Of a DNA stretch of 64,000 nt, positions 24,836 to 36,100 are shown piece after piece; the first letter of the stretch is position 1; each line of letters starts with the position of its first letter. Origin of the DNA: Phoronis australis (lineage: Eukaryota > Animalia > Phoronida). The stretch is taken from positions 1,143,866 to 1,207,865 of the forward strand of contig NMRA01000003.1 of the NCBI GenBank assembly GCA_002633005.1, written 5' to 3'. The notes under the pieces were generated by a model, which was not told the DNA's origin, did not search any database, and was given only the letters and a program-made list of their open reading frames with translations. Both the position numbers and the translations under genes were made by a program.

Positions 24836-26992
24836 TACACAGTTTGTACGAAATGTCGTTTTTTTATGCTTGTGTACAATGAAAACGAAATAGAAATTAT
24901 TTTTGGTCATGCCAAATTTACCCAGTACAGCAGAGGTTCTCCGAGCGCACAGAAACTGATTCTGGTTTGTATTTCCACTTGGCTCTATCTGCTTCATATC
25001 TAAAATATATTTCACGGAGTGCGTAGTTAAATTTGTACTCAATACTTGTTTCTTCCAGTGAGTACAACAGAACGGTGCGAAAACCCTCCCATACAACCTC
25101 TCGCAGCAGTTGACGACCAGATGTGTAAAATACACGTATGAGCAACCACTGGGCATTAAAAAGTGTCTAAAGAGAAGTTTTCAATTCAATTTTTTTTTGC
25201 ATAGTACGTTTTAGGTCTCGCGACGGACCAGGCCAGCTTGATTTGTGTACTGAGATATTGAGTTTCAGTGTACTTGTGGCCCCTCGGCGAACTAGTCTCG
25301 TGATGTTTTTTACCAAAGTGTACTTTGTAAAACTATTTATCTCAGCCAGTACTGTTTGGTCCCGCGACAGATCGACTATTTTTATAGGGATAATAAGCAC
25401 AGGTGTACTTTTGGTCTCGTGACGAATCAGGCTAGCCTTTTTGTGTACTCTCAGTGTACATCTGGTCCCTCTGCGAACTGATGCTGTATACCTTTTCACC
25501 ACGAGGTACAGAATGTTTTGGTTTCGTGAAACTGTTTTCAGAGGATTTGTTTCATGATACATTTGACGTTTTTCAATTGTTGTCAACGTGATTCAGCTTA
25601 ATAAAGTGATACTTAATTATTTATTGTCGCTTTTAATAATAGACTATGAGCTGAGAGCACCATCGTTCGCCAGTTTTTCTCGTGACAAGACAGAACACAT
25701 GTTTATTTCCAGACTAACAGTACAGGTCTTACGCGATCATCTGAAATCCAATTTTTTACACCCCCTCGGTGCTCCTTATGCTCTTGAATATTTGGTAGTT
25801 GTCTAAACCTCACACACAAATCACACTTTTTCATATACGACTTTTCGTATGCTGAAAAGGTGTGTGTAAGCAGATGTTCCAACAAAATTTTTTGCTGGTG
25901 GCGTGACTCATACCCAGATGTGCACAAATATAGTTTCACGAAACTGAGCCACGTTCATGTGACGCAATCGAGAATGATTTAAATTATCATAAGAAAAACT
26001 CAAGAGACATTTTAAGTGTCAGAAACTTACCAGGGTGCATGGAAATTTCACTATTTGGCTACAAAAACAAAAAAATTGTCTTACGCGGGAGGGGGGGTTT
26101 TCCCCTCCCGACCTCCCCCTCTCTCGCCGCCACGCGGCGCCTCGGATTCGACCTTTGCGGGAATCCTAAACCCCTCCTTACTGAAAGCATAGATCCGCCA
26201 CTGAAGTATTTACGTGTATTACTAAAAACATAGTATGCATCATGTTCATATTCACAAAATTCTGGGAAATTAGTAGGAGAAAAAGCATATGGAACTCCGA
26301 ATTACATTTGAAGTGGTATAGAAACGAAGTTGTTATGGTTCAGGCTTAGGCGGACCTGAACAGCCAATGGACGGTTCCTTAAGCGCACCTAAACTACCTT
26401 TTGAAGTCGACATCCTCAATAATCCCAAAACAACCCTACATTCTAGGAGCTAAAAAATTACAAGAAATTTTTAATTTAATTTATTAGTCTTTCGCGATGG
26501 CGTACATCCTTAGTGGACACATGCAAGCTAATAAAAATATTAACGTTTGACACGCCACAAAGTCTGAACCTGACAAAAATTCTAAAAGTTTAGTAGTTCT
26601 ATACCCTAGGAAAATGTCCAACTCGGGTTCTCTTGAGCACTTACTACGTAAGCCAACACTGGTGCTAGAGTTCTCCTATGCGCGAGACGAATCTCATCAC
26701 AGAAATAACTAATCGTATTCAAACGAAACCTTCGTGTACATGCACCATGCTTTATGCACTGTTCTTCAAAACGCCGTCAGTCATTGTTTTTAAAATGTCT
26801 CCATTTTGCATGAGGTTCTATGAAAAATACGAGTATTATTTTTATGAAAAAACGAAAACGAAGTAATTTAGAAAAATGCATTTACAGATGTGACGACGTT
26901 GTTGATAACGTTTATTTACTACGAATGTGCCTTTCCTGTTAGTTTCATTTTAGTAAAAAGACGGTCTGATGGTCACGAGCCCCAGTTAGTAG

Positions 26993-27234
26993 CATGGGCG
27001 CAACCAGGGGGTTCGAGCCCCCAATTTGGCGAAGTGGACAAAAAGGTCCGCCCCAGAGAAACAAAAAGTCCGAGAAAACGAGACAAAAAGTCCACTAAAA
27101 AGGCGCAAACGCACAATTCACCAACCCTGGACATGGTTCCCCTTTTTTTTTTAGTCCTTCGGCTTTTTTGTCGGTAAAAGTCCCACATTGTAGGAAATTC
27201 GAGCCCCCCATATTAAAGGGTGGGTGAGCGCATG
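26993..27234. mobile_element. Diverged MITE of the CATGCGCGCACCCAG family
   Basis: CATGGGCGCAACCAGG...TGGGTGAGCGCATG, flanks AGTAG/AGCAG. Confidence 0.65.
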
Positions 27235-28060
27235 AGCAGCAACTTGGTATTAAGTCAAATATTAAATTCTACAGGATTTCTACTTTCAAAAAATGTTTAC
27301 TTTTACTGAGTCCAATTCAATATATTTTAGATATTTAGTTAAGTCCACAGACCATCCGATAAAAGCTTCACATATATCTCAANTAACTCAAAATCCTGGA
27401 TCCGCCCCTGATCGGCACCTGGTGCAGTGGTTTACTTGTAAAACTAGAGGGAAAATAAAAAACTATTTTCATAAAGACATAAAATAAAAGTGTGTCATTG
27501 CAGACCATACGAACTCCTTTTGAAAAGCAATTGAAATAAAATCCACGTCTTCGCGCTTGTAATTTATTTGGCTACACTAGACACTCGATACTTTTCAATG
27601 TGGCACCTTTGGGTGAGATATGTTTAATTCAAACCGGAATTAACTAGAGACATGAAACTGAGTGGCACACAAGCAATCGACCATGAATGACGGCGTCATA
27701 CAACAGGGGCCCGTTCCGAAGACACGACGCTCGCAAAAAAGCAAGATCATGCAAGATTTCGCAATGCATTACAAGCGAAGCACGTACAGTACGTGATTAC
27801 TCAAGGTTAACTGCCGTCTTGGGTTTTTGTACGGAACGCACCCCTGGCGGTTTTCACCTAACAAAACAGGAATTAGGTTTATAAAATAGGAATAAATAAG
27901 ATTGCACAGTGAAGACAATTCCAACCACTGGTTAGAGCGGCAAAGATAACAAAACACGCGTTAGTCAATGCAATATTGTCCATACATTTCTCTCCTTCGC
28001 GTGAACAGTGAATTCTATTAAACCAAGCCATCTATAATCGTAAGATCTGACACAGACAAC

Positions 28061-29050
28061 TCACGCTTTTACATTATTCCAGTTCAAACCGTCATCACCA
28101 CATGGAAACCAGTAATGGCAAGGAAAAACAAAATTAAGAAACCAATATTTCCCAAACACTCCGTGAATGTTTTCAGCAACTGAATTCATGTTCTTAACTC
28201 TGACTCTATTATCCGCCTCGAATGACGTAATCCCAGAATGAACTAACTTTACCTGTTCTATGAAAAAGCTTGAACTTGTCGAACAGAACCAAATCAGCGA
28301 ATACAAAAGGAAGACCACAATAGCGTCGTAAGAATCTACGTAACCAAACAGGGAACGGATTATAATAACGGGCAGGAACAAGTCAATCAACGAGAGATGA
28401 GGTAACATATACCATATCACAAACACCAATAGGTGAACGGATCCGATTGCGGTGCCAGCAGCGGCCCATATATTAAATACAATAAAAAATCTTTGGTTAC
28501 GCAATCCGACGCATGAATTGGTGAAGAAGCAATGATGATCTCTCTTCAGAATGCACTTTTTGCAAATGGGGCAATGATGTGTCCTCGGAGGTTTTTGTGC
28601 TTGACACACAACACAAGGTTTCCACGACCAGTAAGGGTACATTCCGTACTTTTTATTGTCTTCAGTGGAGAGAGGCACTTTCACAAGAGGTGCTGAGGTC
28701 AAGTTACTCACATCTGTAGCATCAACATTAAAAGCAGGCGCACCGTTATGTGGTGTAAGACCATTGTCGGTGAAACGCACGAGCAACCAGTTAACCATCA
28801 TCTGCGTAAACACTGTGCAGATGAATGTCTGCCAACACAGCAACGTGGTCGGATATTGTCCGCTGTACATTTCAGGCAATACGTTCACAACTAAGTGATA
28901 TGCCGCACCAAAAATCGTAACGAAGTACCAAACAGGGGCCATACGACCAACCCTATCGGCCGACAAAGGATTGCGTTTGATGCTTTTATAATGAGCTTTA
29001 TACAAATCCATGAGAGACGCCTTCTCCGAGTTCAACCTGGTATCCTCCAT
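28061..29050 (-). CDS. ZDHHC22: DHHC palmitoyltransferase, ZDHHC22/24-like (copy A, 329 aa, intronless CDS)
   Basis: Complete ORF with the DHHC-CRD CVVCQAQKPPRTHHCPICKKCILKRDHHCFFTNSCVGLRNQRFF, flanking TM segments and a TSFE motif. DHHCFFT is typical of ZDHHC22. The symbol is tentative. Confidence 0.92.
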   Translation of the reverse strand: MEDTRLNSEKASLMDLYKAHYKSIKRNPLSADRVGRMAPVWYFVTIFGAAYHLVVNVLPEMYSGQYPTTLLCWQTFICTVFTQMMVNWLLVRFTDNGLTPHNGAPAFNVDATDVSNLTSAPLVKVPLSTEDNKKYGMYPYWSWKPCVVCQAQKPPRTHHCPICKKCILKRDHHCFFTNSCVGLRNQRFFIVFNIWAAAGTAIGSVHLLVFVIWYMLPHLSLIDLFLPVIIIRSLFGYVDSYDAIVVFLLYSLIWFCSTSSSFFIEQVKLVHSGITSFEADNRVRVKNMNSVAENIHGVFGKYWFLNFVFPCHYWFPCGDDGLNWNNVKA

Positions 29051-29834
29051 ACTGTCGAGAGTATCCGCAAGTCAACTACTCCAAATATTTCGGACCCAAA
29101 TATTTGGTTATCTTACGTGAGTATGAAAGTGGATTCGTCTGTCAGATATCTAAATTACGAGACTGGTGCAATACTTTAAAATAGAACAGAATCTTTTGGT
29201 TATATTGAAGACCAACGGGACACAACAGCAACTCGTGTGACCTATTTAACTAAGCTCATAACGAGGCGTAACCCTGGAGATAGCAAACAATGGCATTCCG
29301 GGTTATTATTTACTTGTTCCATTGAATGCAGGAATGCATGAATTGTTGAATAACTGGCCACTGAGTTATCCCACATCATACGGGACCAAACTGCTTAACA
29401 GAGAACATAAAAGAAATTGAAAAAAAAACATGCTGGGAAATAAAAACAAATATTGGAACAAACCACAATTTTTCTGTTTATTGCCATTTGAACTCTCAGT
29501 TATGACCAAAACAATCATCCACAAAAGATACCGTACATCAATAGGCACAATCATGAAAGTGTTATTTGCCGATTTTTTGAACTTGAAAACTTATCACATA
29601 AACACAAATTCTACAGAAATATTAGCTGTATATATTAGAGTCAAAATTTTGCGGAAAAATCCATCAAAAAGACTCACATGAACAGGCATAATCACTGTGC
29701 ATTATAATCACCACACATCAAGAGTAAAACTGTCATCAAAGAATACGACAAAACCACAAAAAGAAACAAATCTGTATACTCAGCTTATTCGGTATACCCC
29801 AACTTTCAAGAAAATGTATTTAACTTATTTTATG

Positions 29835-29987
29835 TGTAACAGGAGTGCCCTGGACATGATTATGTAAGTGAGATATATGCGCCCTCTAGTGGTCAAGCTG
29901 TGTATTACGTATGGAATTTTCCTATGATGTTGAGTCCTTTGGACATGGCCAAATAAGGTCAGAAGCTAGGAGCTATGGGCCTCGCCC
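29835..29987. mobile_element. Probable LTR end, truncated at a single-N contig join
   Basis: Begins TGTAAC exactly where the duplicated flank (29689-29835 vs 29989-30135) diverges, and is absent from the second copy. Confidence 0.45.
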
Positions 29988-30168
29988 NTAATCACTGTGC
30001 ATTATAATCACCACACATCAAGAGTAAAACTGTCATCAAAGAATACGACAAAACCACAAAAAGAAACAAATCTGTATACTCAGCTTATTCGGTATACCCC
30101 AACTTTCAAGAAAATGTATTTAACTTATTTTATGTAAAAAATGGAGAATTATCATAAATTTGTGGTTT

Positions 30169-31053
30169 CTAAATATTTTTCACATTTCTCCAGTGAATGC
30201 CGTCGTGATTTGTTTTTAAAAATGGCATAGGAAAAATGAAGTTCAACAGCCCATATGGACCAAACACAGACCTAAAACTTTCTAAAGCTGAGGTGCAATG
30301 GTGACTATTCCCTTTCCAAAACTCATGAGTTGTCTGCCCTTTTAAGATAATAACTAACTGCCACAAAAAGAAGCCAGCTGTTCCCACCCCTGTCATCAAT
30401 GCCAGAGACATTACCAAAACAACATGAAGTATTGTATACGGAGTGTAACCAAACAACCACTGGGCAAATGTGATTGGTAAAATATAGCGGTAAAAATGTG
30501 AGCTCATGAGAGGAAAATACTCTAAATACAAGTAAGTCACACAGAAATAGAATGTTATAAAAGAACCTAGAGAGACGTAAAAGTTAAAGACAACGAAATA
30601 CCGTTGATTATGAAAACCTATGCAACAGGCTGTAAAGAAACAGTGATGATCTCTTTTCAGAATACACTTCTGACATAGAGGGCAATGGTGGGCTCTTGGC
30701 GGTCGTTTCAAAGAACACTCGTAACACAGGTTCCATGTAGGGTCCTCGGCCACTGTAGGTAATCCTGGCTTGTACTCGCTTGTACGGGAGTATGTAAGAT
30801 AATAGTTGAGGTAGAGATTGACCATGATATAGAATGACATCCACAACATGTTGGAATGTTCATTAGCTGAGCCAGCATATACAGTTGGATAAACAAGGAT
30901 GAGTAAAGTAAGATACAACATGGCCGACACACCCACTCCATATATCACTCCAAACACTTGCATGGCTTTCAGTGATGAAGTCGTAGCGGGGCCATGTTTA
31001 GCAAAGTATTGTTCCAGAGGACTGCTTTTGAATTGCTTAAACAGGTCATCCAT
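30169..31053 (-). CDS. ZDHHC22: DHHC palmitoyltransferase, ZDHHC22/24-like (copy B, 294 aa, intronless CDS)
   Basis: First ATG after the splice acceptors at ~31148/31136 is at 31053 (MDDLFK). DHHC-CRD CYECSLKRPPRAHHCPLCQKCILKRDHHCFFTACCIGFHNQRYF and GQTTHE motif. The symbol is tentative. Confidence 0.92.
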   Translation of the reverse strand: MDDLFKQFKSSPLEQYFAKHGPATTSSLKAMQVFGVIYGVGVSAMLYLTLLILVYPTVYAGSANEHSNMLWMSFYIMVNLYLNYYLTYSRTSEYKPGLPTVAEDPTWNLCYECSLKRPPRAHHCPLCQKCILKRDHHCFFTACCIGFHNQRYFVVFNFYVSLGSFITFYFCVTYLYLEYFPLMSSHFYRYILPITFAQWLFGYTPYTILHVVLVMSLALMTGVGTAGFFLWQLVIILKGQTTHEFWKGNSHHCTSALESFRSVFGPYGLLNFIFPMPFLKTNHDGIHWRNVKNI

Positions 31054-31819
31054 GATTTTTATTCCCTTCAAATTCTTTGGTTTCTGGAATGATGAGAGAC
31101 TCTTGTTGTTAGTGGCCCAATCACGTATCACACCAACTGAAAATTGACCTGAAATATAGTGAAGTACAATCATTATCAAAATGTGACATAAATTGAATTT
31201 GATTCAATATTCTGAACACATGACATCATCTGGAATCAAATTACACCAATGGGATTCTTCTACCTTTGGAGGAGTAAAAGTCAAGTACACAGGACCCTCG
31301 CCAGGAGTCATTTTGAGGAAATCACTTCAGTTAACGGACAAAAAGTTTGAAGGAAACAAATCTTACAAATTCCTCTGGATATCTTCCCATGCTACCTTTT
31401 GCAAGTGTCAAGGACAAGGTAATGTGGTCCGCTCAGTCTCGTGCTTGTTGTGGCCGAACTCGTGTGTAAAATGCATTTTTAACGAAGTGAAACCTCTTAA
31501 TCCGTGAGCGGATTAATTTAGGGCATATTTATTAAAATACACAGAAGTGAGATTAGTACAGAAATCAGTGAGGAGTATTGTAGCCTCTCAAAAGCCAGCC
31601 GAGGGGCTATGTGTTGCCTAGATTCAGTCAGGCCTATTCCGTGACATCTATTCTGTCGGAAGTCGGAGTCGAACTCGGACCAGGAAAGGACTCGCCTCAC
31701 CTGTTCACCGACTGCAAAAATGATAAAAATGAGCCGAAAGTCTTACGTTATCCGACAAAATGATTGCATTTAGTTTCCTAAATATTTGACTTGATTAAAT
31801 TTCTGCAAACAGCGGACTC

Positions 31820-31970
31820 ACTTGCAAACGCATCTGATGGAGATAACTGAATGAAATCAAAACTCGCGCTGCTCCGCTAACCATTCTGACATTTCTGTTT
31901 CTGACGGAAGTTCAAGTAGAGCGCATGCGCATTCCGGGTTTGCTAAAATGGCGGATCAAAGGCAGCGGTA
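31820..31970. promoter_or_regulatory. Bidirectional housekeeping-type promoter (ZDHHC on -, PRDM on +)
   Basis: ETS CGGAAGT (31905) and TTCCGG (31932), NRF1 GCGCATGCGC (31921), YY1 AAAATGGCGG (31945). Divergent splice donors at 31822/31701 (-) and 31967 (+). Confidence 0.75.
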
Positions 31971-33140
31971 AAATCTCGACTTTTTTGTTCAATTTTCCAT
32001 TTATTGTAGCTGTGATATCGTTTTCATACTCATTGTGACATGTTTCTACCTGGACTTTCCTCTTAGAATGTCATTCTAAACTTGTTTGTGATAACTGAAG
32101 TGCAGGAAAACCAATATATTCTTCGTGGTCTTGTAGATACATTGACGATGCCATTTTTGTTCGCGTTCCATTTTCTAGAAGGACCCAAACTTGGCGCATT
32201 ATTTTAACATGGGATTCGTAATTCCAAAGTCCAATTTTGCGCGTGTGCGCGTATGCAAATTCAGCGCACTTGTATATGAATTTGAGTTTTGATCTCTTGA
32301 TATTTCCAAATGTGCATCCTGGGCTTGTCTGCAGATAACCTTGGTGCAAAGCTACTAAATAAAGGCCTACCACCGTCCATAGTCTACTCAGCTATAGCTA
32401 TACTAAGTAACTAAGTCTAAATATACATGTTACGTATTTTGGCGATAGTTTTCATACAGCTAGCTGGCAGGCTAATCTGCAGAAAGCTTCGGGACACTAC
32501 AGTAATTACGATTGTCATTTTTTCTGGAGGTCCAATTCATGTGTCTCTTGTTTTGGAAGCAATTAGACTGTTATGTTTTTAAGGCCTTTTTGCTGCTATC
32601 AGTTTTGTGTAGTGTCCCAAGCTCAGTGAGGGAATCAACACTTGGGGGAGGATACTTTAGGCACTGAGGAACTGAAGCTCAACCTTCATTATTCATCATA
32701 CATCCATGACATTGGCCTTCTCTCTCTATTTTTATTTGAAGAAGTTGGCAAATATGAATTCATAAACACAACACAATGGTAGTCTTATTTCTGTGTATCG
32801 TTTTGATCACCCATGCTTGAAATGAATGGATTAAAATTATGAATGTCATTATTTTACTTGGACTCTGATATTTTGGTTTTGTTGGGATGTAGACTTTGTA
32901 CTCATTAGAAACTCGGCTGTGTTAAGGCACCTTGTACTTCATCAGCAAGATTTGTACAAATCACGGTGTCTTCAAGAGGCATTTTCATCAGGAGATCTGA
33001 TCTAAGGTCGTATTTAGAATTGAAACCAAATTTTTTTGTAATGCATGAAACATGAAATGTGACTTCGTTTTGAGCGTATGGTGCAGATTGAAATACTTGT
33101 AATAATTGTCCTTCAGAGTGTAACTGCTGCATTACATGAA

Positions 33141-36100
33141 ATGGACGAACAAACACCTTCAGATTTGATGGAATTAAGTGGTAAGTTAACCTTGTACAAT
33201 TCATTGTGTTGAACATGTCTCATTAATGTAGCCCGTAGTTGCTCAATTTCAAGTCATCAAGCCTGTGGAGGAGGGATGCCTGACCAACTGCAGAAACAAT
33301 GTATCTTCAAGGGAGATATTCCTGTTTAATAATTTATTGTCATTTCCCATATCTGATAAGCAAAATTGTTACATCAGCAGCTGTACATGTATTTTCATTA
33401 AGAAGTCCATGGTACATGTTATATGTAGGTGCCCTCTATGCTGTGATTTCATTGAGTTTGTTCCAGTAGTGTATCTGGTGAACATGGTGCCAAGGTGTAC
33501 AATGTTCACAGTATTGGCTTCACATTGAATCTCGAATTTTCTCAGAATTGAATGACACCTGTCTTTGAGGCAACAAAATTTTAGACCTTTGAAGACAACA
33601 GCTTTAAATATATAAAATTTCCGGTCAAGTTTGATAAGCCCAGGCTCAAAAAATTGTTACATAATCGCCACTGGAGATACTTTTAACTGTATTTCTGTGA
33701 ACTTTTTACGAATAGATGAAAACTGCTTCAAATACAGTGCTACTAGTGTGTTGTTTTCTGCTGATGAAAATTTTTCCTCAGCAAATTATAGTGACATGTC
33801 CGCCTCTTTCTATGTTTAAGGTCTGTCATAATCCACAATGTAAGTGTAACTTCACTTGTCATTCTTGGTGTGTAGGGTGTGATTTCTGTGGTGGAGATCA
33901 TGACAGTGATCAGTGCCCTGAGCTGGGTCTAGGTGAGGATGTCGTGCAACTAGAGCCTCAGCTCTCCAGGTAAGAAATGCCATGTCTTTTCACTTGAAAC
34001 TTAATAAAGAATCAAAGGTAAATGCCAACCAACCCACGTTAACCTATGGTATTTGATGGTTTTTATTCTCAAAACATTGGAAATATACATATTACGCTAA
34101 ACAGTGGCTAATGGTAATTTTGTACAATCAGTCGTCTTTCTGAACCCCCTTATCTGGTTTAGATCAGGTGTTTGCATTAGGAACACTAAAATTAGGTGTG
34201 CCATCCGCTGCAGGGTTCTCCCTGAATAGAATTTCAAACATGGTCCAAATTCTGCATCATGTTTTGCGTCCTAATTTTGTTTTTGTTAATTTACTATGGC
34301 AACTATTGCTTACATATTATTTTCACTAGTTAAGCAACTATCATTTTCACTGCAAAATAATGGAAATGTGCAACACTATTACAATCATATGACTGTCTTG
34401 CGAAGCAGAAAAATGAGGGTTTTCAAGCATAGGTTAGGATTCTAAACATGGCCCGGGGCTTTTCAAACACGATTTCCAAACACACCCATTCATTTACATG
34501 GATTTGTCTATTGAAATCTCATTTCCTGTTTTGGAAACATATTTATGAATTTAACTTATAGTTACACTTGGTAAGGACTGCTAATATTGTTTCTGTTGAA
34601 CATGCAACAATCTTGAATTTTTCCAGGGCTCGACTTTCCTTGCCACCCAATTTGAGTGCTTTCGACGATGACAGTGGCTCTGTGCATGTTGTGGCGAATG
34701 AAGAAATACCATCAAAAACTAAGTTTGGGCCTCTGGAGGCACCAAGAACAACCTCTGAATTCATTGTGGAAAATGGTTTTGTATTGAAGGTACTACCTGG
34801 TAGCATTCTTACCTTCAAAGGGTGTGGTACAAGACAAAAGTATTGAAAGAAATTACCCAGAATTTCCCATCATGGGTTAGTGGAAGCCAAATTCATTTTA
34901 AATGAAGGACAATTGATGTACAGGAAAGCCAACAAGGTGGCTACCCTAATAGTTATGAGCAGTCACTTCTGCTGTTGATGGGGAAAATGGTGTTTTGTCT
35001 TATTACATTTGTCTTGCACTGTAGCATGAGAACTGTTAGAGGCTTAATTGAAGTTGTCTTACCAAAAAAATTAAAATTTCTTTCAGCTGATTTTTAACTG
35101 TATTGTTCCTAAATAATCAATAGGATTCACTTATTAGCCAGTAAGTGTCCTTGGTTCTAGTCTGTACCCCCCTCCCCCGACTTGTTTTGAAACCTGCGTT
35201 CACTTTCAGGCAGTGTCTTAATTGTTTTGAACACCTTTTTCAAAAAGGCGCACAAGTTATATTTTAAGTGCCACTGCATGTCTAATAAGGCATAAGTAGT
35301 AAACTTAGTTTGAAACTTGTTTGAGTTTAGAGTAAAAATGCCCGTCTTCGGTGGATTTTTTTGAAAAAGTGGCCTACTGAAATAAGGCCACACTGAAGAC
35401 CAGAATCAACTATGCTTTTTGGCATCACAGGAAACAATGATTGGTGAACTTGAACGGCTCATGAATGTATGAACTCTATGAAATGAAGATTTATTTTGTG
35501 GGCGGATTGGTGTAATTTTTTACTTTTGTAGGTATTCTCCAAGGATGGGTCCAGCATCTGCCTGGACACTACAGATGAGAATGTTTGTAACTGGATGTGT
35601 CTGGTCCAACCAGCAGTCACTGTGCAAGAGCAGAACTTGATGGCATTCCAAAACTCTACTGATGTCTTCTTTGTCGCGACTCGACCCATAGGCGAGAGCG
35701 AGGTCCTACGAGTCTGGTATGCCCCGCACTATGCCAAAAAGTTAAACAAGTCACCTTCACCAGATGGTGTCACTACAGGTACACACTATGTAGACTTTGT
35801 TCTGCAGTAATGGCTTTCAGGAACACACATAAAGCCATGAAAATATCATTTTATTTATACATAAAACCGCTTGAGGGAACATTATGTAATTTGGCTGATG
35901 TGTTTCTACTGAGAAGAGCAATGACTGATGTTGATTTTCAGATGGGTCGAACTACTATCGTAACCCCTAGTGGCAATTTTTTATTATAATAAATAAAAAT
36001 GCCACTAGGTATTCATTATAATAAATACTTAGTGGCAATTTTGTTTTTAACCTCTGTCTTAACAACTACCGAGGTTCTTCCATCTCCATGAAATATGTTT

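Larger units (their letters stand above)
22075..26203 (+). mobile_element. 4.1-kb hAT-superfamily (hAT5-like) DNA transposon, internally decayed
   Basis: Perfect 16-bp TIRs CAGTGGCGGATCTATG / CATAGATCCGCCACTG, identical 5-bp flanks AAGTA (22070-22074, 26204-26208), subterminal AAACCCCTCCTT near both ends, and an internal transposase relic. Confidence 0.85.

Noticed and set aside
25167-25586. 139-aa ORF inside the hAT element
   Set aside because: It overlies degenerate ~60-70-bp repeats, lies on the strand opposite the transposase relic and has no motifs.
31054-31179. N-terminal extension of ZDHHC copy B given by the ORF track
   Set aside because: It starts at a non-ATG codon and crosses a splice acceptor. 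The first ATG is at 31053.
33821-33839. Possible 19-nt PRDM microexon (AG|...|GTAAGT)
   Set aside because: It would need a 36-nt intron. The 33117-33180 exon gives a phase-correct alternative.
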